Virus record (IMG/VR): IMGVR_UViG_3300031519_004115 | Coordinates: 1-29,297 of that record | Length of the DNA stretch: 29,297 nucleotides | Origin: a virus | Taxonomy: Duplodnaviria > Caudoviricetes | Reading direction: 5' to 3' (one strand) | In this document: positions 9,135 to 18,011 of the stretch, in pieces | Numbering within the stretch: the stretch's first letter is position 1 | Layout: each line of letters opens with the position of its first letter | Program-made: the position numbers and the translations under genes | The notes under the pieces: generated by a model | Databases searched by the model: none | What the model was told of the DNA's origin: nothing | The model's input: only the letters and a program-made list of their open reading frames with translations

Positions 9135-9896
9135 ATGGATATAGTATTAGTAACTGGCGGATTTGATCCGTTACACAGCGGGCATATTGCCTATTTCAAA
9201 GAAGCAAAGAAATTAGGCGATCGATTGATCGTTGGCCTAAATTCAGATGAATGGCTTGAGCGTAAAAAGGGCAAAGCATTTATGCCTTGGAATGAGCGCC
9301 TATGCATTGTAAACAACTTACAAATGGTAGACGAAGTTTTTACATTTATGGACGATGATGATTCTGCTATAAATTTTATAAAACAAGTTAAAGCACACTA
9401 TCCCAACGATAAAATAATATTTGCCAATGGCGGCGACCGAACCTCTGAAAACATCCCTGAGATGGCAGTTGAAGGTGTAGAGTTTGTATTTGGTATCGGC
9501 GGAGAAAACAAAGCTAACAGTTCAAGCTGGATACTAGAAGAGTGGAAAGCGCCTAAGACTGAAAGAACGTGGGGGTATTATAGAGTGATACACGAATATG
9601 ATAGACACACTAAAGTAAAAGAGTTAGCAGTGCCGCCGGGTGGCAAGCTATCAATGCAACGGCACCAAGAACGTGCAGAGCATTGGTTTGTTGCAGAGGG
9701 ATCTGCAACAGTGTACACAATTAACCAAGCAACTGATATTGATTTGCACGGCACATACGCCCAGCATCAAAGTTTACATATACCACAAGGTATGTGGCAT
9801 CAATTAGCGAATGAAACAGATAAACAGCTAAAACTAGTAGAAATACAGTATGGCACAAACTGCGTGGAGGAAGACATTGAAAGACAACCTAATTAA
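9135..9896 (+). CDS. cytidylyltransferase-like (TagD/RfaE-type) domain fused to a ManC-type mannose-6-phosphate-isomerase cupin
   Basis: TGGFDPLHSGH (HxGH), VGLNSD, FANGGDR; C-terminal RTWGYY...LSMQRHQERAEHWFV...HQLAN...VEIQYG...EEDIER. Track start 9129; ATG 9135 fits TAAATA-N5. Confidence 0.85.
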   Translation: MDIVLVTGGFDPLHSGHIAYFKEAKKLGDRLIVGLNSDEWLERKKGKAFMPWNERLCIVNNLQMVDEVFTFMDDDDSAINFIKQVKAHYPNDKIIFANGGDRTSENIPEMAVEGVEFVFGIGGENKANSSSWILEEWKAPKTERTWGYYRVIHEYDRHTKVKELAVPPGGKLSMQRHQERAEHWFVAEGSATVYTINQATDIDLHGTYAQHQSLHIPQGMWHQLANETDKQLKLVEIQYGTNCVEEDIERQPN

Positions 9897-11592
9897 AATA
9901 TTTGTAGGCTGGGATAGCAGAGAAGACCTAGCATTTCAAGTATGTCGACAAAGTATACTTGATAGAGCTAAGTTTCCAGATAGTATAGAAATTGTCCCTA
10001 TTAAAATGCAAGAGATGCGTGATAGAGGACTGTACTGGAGAGATGAAGATAAATTAGCATCCACCGAATTTACATTTACACGCTTTCTTGTACCCGAACT
10101 TGCTAACTTTAAAGGTTGGGCAATGTTTTGTGATTGCGACTTTTTATTTAAAAGAGACGTAAGAAACTTGTGGAAAGTTATAGAAGAGAATTTAAATAAA
10201 AATTATGCTATGATGTGTGTTCAACATGATTATACACCAACTTTTACAACCAAAATGGACGGCAGGGAACAAACTGTGTATCCAAGAAAAAATTGGTCAA
10301 GTATGATGTTATTCAATTGTGAACATCCAAAAAATAGAAAACTTACAAAAGAATTTATTAACAATCCAGATATAGATGGAAAATTTTTACATAGATTTAG
10401 TTGGTTAGACGATCAAGATATAGGAAGTTTAAGTCGTGATTGGAATTGGTTAGTAGGTGTTTATAAAGAAGATGGAAAAAACTCACCCGCTGCAATACAT
10501 TATACAGATGGCGGACCTTGGTTTAAAGATTATAAAACATGTGAATATTCTGGAGACTGGTATCTAGGCGAAAAAAGTTATCTAGCACAAAAGGCAGCAA
10601 ATGCAAAACATAAACTAACACCCGACATTTGGAAGGTGAATGACGAGAAACAAGAAATTTTAAAATCGGTTCTAAAATATCTAGTAGATCCTGAAGCTAA
10701 GTATTACGAAGGAAATACTTGGCAATCAATTACGGAGAAAGTACATAATCATATGGGTAAAATTGTAGCAATTGACACAAGTGAAGTTAATTTTGAAAGA
10801 AAGGGCGCTAAGTACGACCCTATTTTAGAAAACTTTGCAATGGGTAGTAATGGCGTAGTAAGCTCATATGGAGACCATTTAGATGACAATACTGATTTAA
10901 TTATTAGAGGCGTTGGTGGCGGAAGTCGTAAAGCAATAGTCAAGTGCCAAAACTCAGGTAGAACATTCTATACAGTTGATACTGGATATTTTGGTAACTG
11001 GAAAAATAAATGGATACATCGAGTTACAAAAAACAATATGCAAAACTGCGGACCGATACTTCAAAGACCAATGGACAGAGCTAAAGCACACGGATATAGA
11101 TTTCGTAAGTTATCACCAGGCAGCAAAATATTACTTGTGCCACCTAGTTTAAAAGCTATGCGACTATTTGGACAACCTGATCCGGAAACCTGGGTACAAC
11201 AAGTAACTGCTGAACTTAAAAAGTATACTAGTCGTCCCATAGAAGTTAGACTTAAACCTAATAGAACAGAACGTGTAACGGATAAGACTATGGCAGCGGC
11301 ACTTGCCGATGACGTTCATTGTCTTGTAACGTATAATAGTATTGCTGCTGTCGAAGCACTTCAAGCAGGGAAACCAGCTGTAGTGTTAGGCCCAAATGCT
11401 GCAAGCGGTATTTGCGAAACTGAATTAAGAAATGTTGATAATCCTAAAATGCCAGATAGAGAAACCCAAGATGCATTTTTTGCTCACCTTGCATATTGTC
11501 AATTTGATGTACATGAATTACGTAACGGCTTTGCATGGAGAACTGTAAATGAAAGTAGTAGCATACCACAGTGGTATCCCGCCAAAAAATAA
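9877..11592 (+). CDS. bifunctional glycosyltransferase: N-terminal GT-A domain plus C-terminal KpsS-like GT-B domain (paralog B)
   Basis: N-half IFVGWDSRE, STEFTFTRFLVP, FCDCDFL, YPRKNWSS, HYTDGGPW; C-half IEVRLKP, CLVTYNSIAAVEALQAGKP, HLAYCQF. Track start 9850; in-frame TTG 9877 follows SD GGAGG. Confidence 0.75.
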   Translation: MKDNLIKIFVGWDSREDLAFQVCRQSILDRAKFPDSIEIVPIKMQEMRDRGLYWRDEDKLASTEFTFTRFLVPELANFKGWAMFCDCDFLFKRDVRNLWKVIEENLNKNYAMMCVQHDYTPTFTTKMDGREQTVYPRKNWSSMMLFNCEHPKNRKLTKEFINNPDIDGKFLHRFSWLDDQDIGSLSRDWNWLVGVYKEDGKNSPAAIHYTDGGPWFKDYKTCEYSGDWYLGEKSYLAQKAANAKHKLTPDIWKVNDEKQEILKSVLKYLVDPEAKYYEGNTWQSITEKVHNHMGKIVAIDTSEVNFERKGAKYDPILENFAMGSNGVVSSYGDHLDDNTDLIIRGVGGGSRKAIVKCQNSGRTFYTVDTGYFGNWKNKWIHRVTKNNMQNCGPILQRPMDRAKAHGYRFRKLSPGSKILLVPPSLKAMRLFGQPDPETWVQQVTAELKKYTSRPIEVRLKPNRTERVTDKTMAAALADDVHCLVTYNSIAAVEALQAGKPAVVLGPNAASGICETELRNVDNPKMPDRETQDAFFAHLAYCQFDVHELRNGFAWRTVNESSSIPQWYPAKK

Positions 11593-12478
11593 TAGTCCTG
11601 AGAAACCTTTAATATTATCAAATTTTATTCAAGGAGTTGTGCAGTTGGGGAATATCGGTACAAATCATTACCAGCCAACCTTGCAAGATTGTGATCTAGC
11701 AGTCTTACAAGGGTTTGTGCATGCCAACAGTAAAAACACACCTCATCTTCTTTTTAGAAGACAAGTAATAGATAGACAAAAACTAACTAAAGCGCACACG
11801 TTAATTGTTGATAGCAATTTGTTTTTATTTCAAACTGCAAGTAAGCGTAACACTCCTGGTAACTATTTAAGATATAGTTTAGACGGTGTTTTTAGAGACA
11901 CAGGATTTTATTTTGATAAAGATATAGATCCTAATAGATGGCAAATAATAAAAAAGCATTTAGCCATAGATGTAAAATCATACGACACTAGAGGTAATTT
12001 TATTTTACTGTGTTTACAACGTAATGGCGGCTGGAGCATGAAGCATCAAGATGTAATTGAATATGCTCACAGAACAATACGTCAACTAAAATCTGTAACG
12101 TCTCGTAAAATAATTGTAAGAGGGCATCCGGGCGATAGAAAAACAATGGCTAGGATTGCTCAAGAGATCAAATATCCTAATGTAGAGATTTCTTCAAATC
12201 CAGATATTCGTGACGATTTAAAAAATGCATGGGCAAGTATTACTTTTAACAGCAGTCCTGGTGTAGCAAGTTTAATACACGGAGTTCCAGTATTCCAAAT
12301 GGATCAAGATTTAAATTATAGTATGTATAGCGAAGTTGCAAATACTGATCTAACACAAATTGAGAATCCAATACTGTTTGATCGCCAAGAATGGTTAGAA
12401 AGAATAGCTATGTGTCATTGGAGTTTTGATGAACTTACAAATGGCACAGCTTGGAAATTTATGAGAAACTATATCTAG
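11549..12478 (+). CDS. KpsS/KpsC-like GT-B glycosyltransferase, paralog C
   Basis: FILLCLQRNGG, IIVRGHP, AWASITFNSSPGVASLIHGVP, IENP..DRQEWL..IAMCHW. Confidence 0.65.
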   Translation: MKVVAYHSGIPPKNNSPEKPLILSNFIQGVVQLGNIGTNHYQPTLQDCDLAVLQGFVHANSKNTPHLLFRRQVIDRQKLTKAHTLIVDSNLFLFQTASKRNTPGNYLRYSLDGVFRDTGFYFDKDIDPNRWQIIKKHLAIDVKSYDTRGNFILLCLQRNGGWSMKHQDVIEYAHRTIRQLKSVTSRKIIVRGHPGDRKTMARIAQEIKYPNVEISSNPDIRDDLKNAWASITFNSSPGVASLIHGVPVFQMDQDLNYSMYSEVANTDLTQIENPILFDRQEWLERIAMCHWSFDELTNGTAWKFMRNYI

Positions 12479-13089
12479 TGCCAGTTCTTAAATTACCAAA
12501 CAATAAAATTTTAGAAGTAGCAGTCAATAATAAATGTGGTATTACTAGTGCTATTAGTATTATGTGCTATCCATATTTTAACAAACATCTTGCTCGTCGT
12601 GGATCAAACGAACTAATTAAAAAAGGATTGTTTTCCAAAAGTTTAGATAGAGCAGGTTGGGTTAAATCGGACTATAAAGTTGCTATTGTCCGAGATCCTA
12701 TATCAAGAATACTAAGTTGTTATGCTGATAGAGTATTGATAAAGAACAGAAAAAACGTAAAAGAAAATGTAACTGACTGGGATTATTTTATCAATAATTT
12801 ACAAAAAATACAAGAGGAATACAAGGATATATGGCATCATTCATATCCACAAGTAAATAGACTAGGAAGAGATCCTAGCATATATGATAAAATTTTTAAC
12901 ACAAAAAATTTAAATAACGAATTTCCAAAATTTATAGGAGAGCTTTACAATACAAAAATACCTTCTATACACACAAAAAGTTCTGGGTCAATAAAAAATA
13001 AAATTAATTTAACAGATAAACATTTAGAATTAATTAAAGAATTTTATAAAGAAGATTATAAGTATTACGGAGATTATTTTGACCAATAA
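12451..13089 (+). CDS. sulfotransferase family protein (Sulfotransfer_2-like)
   Basis: 5'-PSB-like NKCGITS, 3'-PB RDPISRILSCY, HSYPQ, C-terminal YKEDY; real start may be GTG 12478 overlapping the upstream TAG. Confidence 0.75.
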   Translation: MEIYEKLYLVPVLKLPNNKILEVAVNNKCGITSAISIMCYPYFNKHLARRGSNELIKKGLFSKSLDRAGWVKSDYKVAIVRDPISRILSCYADRVLIKNRKNVKENVTDWDYFINNLQKIQEEYKDIWHHSYPQVNRLGRDPSIYDKIFNTKNLNNEFPKFIGELYNTKIPSIHTKSSGSIKNKINLTDKHLELIKEFYKEDYKYYGDYFDQ

Positions 13090-13919
13090 TCTTCAGTTCG
13101 ATTAACCATTATATCAACTGAACGAGATCTACCTTCTTGCTTGCGTACACCCTTCATATGATCAATCCATTTACCTAGTACACCATTAATGAGAGGATGT
13201 CCGCCACCTCCAGACTTTGCTTCACGCAAATACATCTCTGCACTATAATCAAATACATTAGGATCTTGTTGTTTCATATTGGTCAAAATATTTCCAAATA
13301 CAAAGCTATCGTGCCATTCAGCTAATCTAAAGATACCGTTGTCTGCATCTTCATATACTCTTTCAAATTCTGCTAAAAACTGTTGACAAGTCTTGTGGTG
13401 TAAGTTCATACCATAAAAGCCGCACTCTGGCCATGTCTGCGATCCTTTACCTCTACCAACATATGTAATCCAAGCATCTTCAGGTAACTGTGCTTTAAAG
13501 TTATCATATGACCAATCACTATGTACATATGTATCAGCATCCATCCACACACACCAGTCCTTAGAGCGCACACAAGCGTCATACACAGCATAAGTCTTGT
13601 TAGCGAAGCGTACTGCATCCCACTTAAAACCTTTCTGCCAGTCCTTGCGTCCGTTACGTGCAGGGTGGTTAGTTATATCTCCATTTGCATGAGGAATATT
13701 TTTCCAACGCTCTTTAAAAACATTTAACTTTGGTAATACTTCTTTTGCATCTAATATTGTTATTTGTTCTGGGTCAGGGTTACTAGGGTTGCAATTCTCA
13801 GCATACACTAATAATTTAATTTTTTTATCTACTCTTTGAGCAAATGAATCTAAAAATCTTTGCCCGTAAATTTCTAATCCAGGTTGGTGAAATGTTGTAA
13901 CCACAGTTATGTTTGACAT
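13074..13919 (-). CDS. GT-A fold glycosyltransferase
   Basis: VVTTF, WDAVRFANKTYA, DxD motif VWMDADTY, ECGFYG, WHDSFVF, DHMKG; SD AAGGA on minus strand. Confidence 0.75.
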   Translation of the reverse strand: MSNITVVTTFHQPGLEIYGQRFLDSFAQRVDKKIKLLVYAENCNPSNPDPEQITILDAKEVLPKLNVFKERWKNIPHANGDITNHPARNGRKDWQKGFKWDAVRFANKTYAVYDACVRSKDWCVWMDADTYVHSDWSYDNFKAQLPEDAWITYVGRGKGSQTWPECGFYGMNLHHKTCQQFLAEFERVYEDADNGIFRLAEWHDSFVFGNILTNMKQQDPNVFDYSAEMYLREAKSGGGGHPLINGVLGKWIDHMKGVRKQEGRSRSVDIMVNRTEDYWSK

Positions 13920-13932
13920 AGTTTATTCCTTG

Positions 13933-13954
13933 TAAATATAGTATATGGTATTTA
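13933..13954. promoter_or_regulatory. pair of opposed TAAATA boxes in a 38-bp divergent intergenic region
   Basis: TAAATA on + at 13933-13938 and on - at 13954-13949. Confidence 0.45.
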
Positions 13955-13957
13955 ACG

Positions 13958-14806
13958 ATGAAATTTAACTTATGGAGACAATATGGCGCACTTAATTCTA
14001 AGCCTGTGTTTGACGCCTTTCACGCTGGCGCTAATGCTCTTGGCCACAGCGTTGTCGATAACGCTGATGATGGGATTGATGTTATTTGGAGCGTTCTTTT
14101 CAACGGCCGTATGGCTGGAAACCGTGCTGTTTGGGAAAGAAACCTTCAACAACAAAAACCAACAATAGTACTAGAAGTTGGTGGCATTAACAGAGGTACA
14201 ACATGGAAGGTGGGATTAAATGGAATCAATAGAGCTGCTTACTTTAGTGAGCCAGGTAATGACGGGAGCAGGGCTAATCACTTGGGATTGGTTTGTAAGC
14301 CTTGGAGATCCAACGGCGATTTTATTCTAATATGCGGGCAGCACGATAAGAGTCTACAGTGGCAAAACATGCCAACTATGAGTAATTGGTTTCTAAAAAC
14401 ATACGAAGAAATTAGAAAACATACACAGCGCCCTATTATATTTAGACCACATCCTAGATGTATGTTGCCTGAGATCGAACGAGGGTTACGCAATGTATAC
14501 AGGCAAGCACCAACTAAACTACCTGGAACATATGACGACTTTGACATGTCCTACGACCGTATACACGCTACTGTAAGCTACTCTAGCAACCCGGGTGTGC
14601 ATAGTATCATTAACGGCATTCCAGCGTTTGTAGGTACCGCATCGTTAGCGTATGACGCTAGTAATGACATAGACTTCCTACACGATATAGAGAACCCATT
14701 CATGCCCGATCGAACACAATGGCTTAACGACTACGCACACACTGAATGGACTGTACAAGAAATATCTCAAGGCACACCAATTAAGCTCTTGACTTCTAAG
14801 CTATAA
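13958..14806 (+). CDS. KpsS/KpsC-like GT-B glycosyltransferase, paralog D
   Basis: IVLEVGGINR..GLNGIN, FILICGQHDKS, IIFRPHP, ATVSYSSNPGVHSIINGIP, IENPFMPDRTQWL..YAHTEW. Confidence 0.65.
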   Translation: MKFNLWRQYGALNSKPVFDAFHAGANALGHSVVDNADDGIDVIWSVLFNGRMAGNRAVWERNLQQQKPTIVLEVGGINRGTTWKVGLNGINRAAYFSEPGNDGSRANHLGLVCKPWRSNGDFILICGQHDKSLQWQNMPTMSNWFLKTYEEIRKHTQRPIIFRPHPRCMLPEIERGLRNVYRQAPTKLPGTYDDFDMSYDRIHATVSYSSNPGVHSIINGIPAFVGTASLAYDASNDIDFLHDIENPFMPDRTQWLNDYAHTEWTVQEISQGTPIKLLTSKL

Positions 14807-14817
14807 TCCTATATAAT
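14789..14817 (+). promoter_or_regulatory. sigma70-type promoter, predicted leaderless transcript
   Basis: TTGACT(14789-14794)-17 bp-TATAAT(14812-14817)-6 nt-ATG(14824), no SD. Confidence 0.8.
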
Positions 14818-14823
14818 ACTATT

Positions 14824-16026
14824 ATGAATTACACAATTGAAGATTACATAGAAATTCTTTCCGGTATCGTCGAACCAGATGATATATTTGGATCTTTTAA
14901 TGTCGATGACAGTGACAAGGGATTAATCTTTAGTCTTGCAAGACAAACTATTAAAGGCATCCCTTATACTGATAGACAGTACGAGTTAGCAAAATCAAAA
15001 GTTATATATTATAAAGAGCAGTTTATTCAATACGATATTGAGCTTGCATTAAATACCCTTAGAATGCCGTTGCGAGAAATTGATAGATCAAAATGGATTA
15101 AAGCTGACGACAAATACATTTGTATACGCTTTCCGTTTACTAAGAAGATGATAAAGTATATTGACTTTTTAGAAACAATTTCTGACAGGAAGAAATACGA
15201 TAAACAAAACAAAATACATTTTGTTCCGTTTAACGAACTAAACATCTACGAAGTAGTTGGTCAATTTAAAGATGCTAATTTTAACATAGATGATACCCTT
15301 ACTAATATTTATGAAGCAGTAAAAATAATGAAAAACAAAAAAGAAGAATATGCACCTGGTATTTTTAGTTTAAAATTAAAAAACTTACACAACAAAGCAA
15401 TAGATTATGCGTTGTCTTCTATAGGTGAACCTAATATAGAAAACTTAGTAAGATATAAAGACAAGCAAGATACATTGGGCATTGTACACTTTGACGAAGA
15501 TGACTTATCAAATAGCGTCAATGCTACACAGCCACTAACACGCAGAATAATTTATAGAACACAGCGGCATGTCTTTATTGATGCTAAAGAATTTACTATG
15601 GACAATCTTGCTGAGTCAATGCTTGAACTGTACAGATTTCCTATTTTATTTTTGCTTCCGGAAAACGAACGTAGTTTAGATTTAATGCACAAGGTGCAAT
15701 CTAGCTTTAAAAATATTATTCCGAACGAAAGTGTTACTAACCTTTATAGGAAAGAGAATTCGACAGACGGCAATAAAGAATATAACAATTATATAAAAGA
15801 AAATAATCTTAATAATTCTCTTGCTATTGACACTAAAATAGTGTATACTAGTAACAATAAGATACCAAAGCCCTTGCTTGAAACAAAATGGCAACCTTCT
15901 GTTGCTATACAACTTGAAAGCAAGCGGGCAAATACGCAAGTCGATAGCTATCTTAATGGAGTAGATTTAGTTATCCATTATGACGACAAGGCATTACTTT
16001 GGAAAGGATACGTAGAAAAAATATGA
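14824..16026 (+). CDS. hypothetical protein
   Basis: 400-aa ORF with its own promoter; stop overlaps uvsW start (ATGA); no recognised motif. Confidence 0.8.
   Translation: MNYTIEDYIEILSGIVEPDDIFGSFNVDDSDKGLIFSLARQTIKGIPYTDRQYELAKSKVIYYKEQFIQYDIELALNTLRMPLREIDRSKWIKADDKYICIRFPFTKKMIKYIDFLETISDRKKYDKQNKIHFVPFNELNIYEVVGQFKDANFNIDDTLTNIYEAVKIMKNKKEEYAPGIFSLKLKNLHNKAIDYALSSIGEPNIENLVRYKDKQDTLGIVHFDEDDLSNSVNATQPLTRRIIYRTQRHVFIDAKEFTMDNLAESMLELYRFPILFLLPENERSLDLMHKVQSSFKNIIPNESVTNLYRKENSTDGNKEYNNYIKENNLNNSLAIDTKIVYTSNNKIPKPLLETKWQPSVAIQLESKRANTQVDSYLNGVDLVIHYDDKALLWKGYVEKI
15821..15849 (+). promoter_or_regulatory. possible internal sigma70-type promoter upstream of uvsW
   Basis: TTGCTA(15821-15826)-17 bp-TATACT(15844-15849). 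Confidence 0.4.
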
Positions 16027-17486
16027 GTTCATGTAAACTAATAATTGAAGATGAAGTAAACATTAAGCTAGAAGGTCTAGACGTAGACATGCGTCGAAAG
16101 ATCTCTAGCGCACTTAAATTTGAAGTGCCGTATGCAAAACATATGCCACAGTATAAGCTAGGTCGATGGGATGGCAAGGTTGCTTTCTTTGGTATTGGCG
16201 GCAGTGGGTATGTCAATCATCTCGATGTTGTACAAGAAGTACTAACTAAAAACCGAGTACAAATTGTCGACATTGAAGATAGGCGCACTCCTATTACTTT
16301 AAACTTTACTCCGGTTACAGAACGGTATTGGGCAGATCAAGGTGTTGTATGGCCTGAAGGGCATCCTGTAGAAGGCACAGAAATTATCCTACGTGACTAT
16401 CAAGTAGAAGCTATTAACAACTTTTTAAACAATCCGCAAAGCCTGCAACAGATTGCTACTGGCGCAGGTAAAACAATTACTACAGCAACCTTATCACATA
16501 TAACTGAGCCTTACGGTCGTAGTCTAGTTATTGTTCCTAACAAGTCGTTAGTAGAACAAACTGAAGAAGACTATATTAACTGTGGGCTTGATGTTGGTGT
16601 GTACTTCGGCGACAGAAAGAACCTAGGTAAGACTCACACTATTTGCACTTGGCAAAGTTTAAATATACTTGACAAGAAGCACAAGGATGGCTCAGCAGTG
16701 TTATCACTAGCAGAGTTTCTAGATGGTGTAAGCACAGTTATTGTCGACGAAGTACACATGGCAAAAGCAGAAGTTCTTAAGAACTTGCTTACTCGCAACT
16801 TAAAGAATGCTCCAATACGTTGGGGACTAACAGGCACAATACCTAGAGAGAAGTTTGAGTTTGAAAGTATACATGCAAGTCTAGGTCCAGTAATTGGACA
16901 AATTAGTGCTAAGTCGTTACAAGACAAAGGTGTATTATCAAAATGTCATGTTAACGTATGTCAACTAATAGACACAGTAGCACACAGTGATTATCAAAGC
17001 GAACTAAAATATCTAACAACGAACGAAGCAAGACTAGCATACATTGCTAAGATGATGAATAAGATTTCGCAGACAGGCAACACACTAATACTAGTAGATA
17101 GAATTAGCGCAGGCAAATTACTAGAAGAACTAATACCTAACAGCACGTTTGTAAGCGGCGCAGTAAAGGTAAAAGACAGAAAAGAAACTTACGACACAAT
17201 TAAGGAAGGAACAAATGAAGTTATCATTGCAACATATGGTGTAGCAGCAGTTGGCCTTAATATACCACGTATCTTTAACATGGTTCTTCTCGAGCCAGGA
17301 AAAAGTTTCGTAAGGGTAATACAATCAATAGGACGTGGTGTTCGTATTGCTAAAGACAAAGACTTCGTACAAATATGGGACCTTACATCAACGTGTAAGT
17401 TTGCGAAGAGACATCTAACTCAGCGTAAGAAATTTTACAAAGAAGCAGAGTATCCATTTACAATCGAGAAAGTAGACTGGAATTAA
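16023..17486 (+). CDS. uvsW: superfamily 2 DNA helicase UvsW
   Basis: Q-motif LRDYQ, Walker A ATGAGKT, DEVH, GLTGT, GLNIPRI, QSIGRGVR; ATG 16023 overlaps upstream TGA (track start 15999). Confidence 0.92.
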   Translation: MSSCKLIIEDEVNIKLEGLDVDMRRKISSALKFEVPYAKHMPQYKLGRWDGKVAFFGIGGSGYVNHLDVVQEVLTKNRVQIVDIEDRRTPITLNFTPVTERYWADQGVVWPEGHPVEGTEIILRDYQVEAINNFLNNPQSLQQIATGAGKTITTATLSHITEPYGRSLVIVPNKSLVEQTEEDYINCGLDVGVYFGDRKNLGKTHTICTWQSLNILDKKHKDGSAVLSLAEFLDGVSTVIVDEVHMAKAEVLKNLLTRNLKNAPIRWGLTGTIPREKFEFESIHASLGPVIGQISAKSLQDKGVLSKCHVNVCQLIDTVAHSDYQSELKYLTTNEARLAYIAKMMNKISQTGNTLILVDRISAGKLLEELIPNSTFVSGAVKVKDRKETYDTIKEGTNEVIIATYGVAAVGLNIPRIFNMVLLEPGKSFVRVIQSIGRGVRIAKDKDFVQIWDLTSTCKFAKRHLTQRKKFYKEAEYPFTIEKVDWN

Positions 17487-17488
17487 CT

Positions 17489-17995
17489 ATGAGAATACTA
17501 ACAATAGAAAACGAATGTTATTCGTTAAACAACTTACCAGATCAATTAGACGAAGATATAAGATTCAGTGTACTAGACAATAGCAACAGCGATGATCCTG
17601 ACTTCTTTTTTATACCATTGATTTTTTTAGAAAGTTTTAATGCACCTGCAATCGTTATGGAAATAAACGGCTGTGAAATTATGATGCCCATTGATTGGCA
17701 CATAGCTGTAGGTGATAGTGAAACAATAAACGACCTGGAAGTACTTCCGCTAACTAGTTTGAATGACAGAGGATTTGAAGCATTTATGTTTAATCCGTTA
17801 CAAGGGTTTAAAGCTGATTACGCAGAAGTTAAGATACTAAATTTTTACAATGATGTAAAATGGTATTTTCCAAAAATGAAAAACGGACAGCTATTAACTG
17901 TGCCGCTGACAGAAGGACATAATCCGCAATGTGCATTTTTCGTTAAGGATATTAGCAGACAAATGGAACTTATTGATTATGGCAAACTCATCTAA
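17489..17995 (+). CDS. hypothetical protein
   Basis: 168-aa ORF starting 2 nt after uvsW stop. Confidence 0.8.
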   Translation: MRILTIENECYSLNNLPDQLDEDIRFSVLDNSNSDDPDFFFIPLIFLESFNAPAIVMEINGCEIMMPIDWHIAVGDSETINDLEVLPLTSLNDRGFEAFMFNPLQGFKADYAEVKILNFYNDVKWYFPKMKNGQLLTVPLTEGHNPQCAFFVKDISRQMELIDYGKLI

Positions 17996-18011
17996 GCAAG
18001 GAGAAAGTAAA

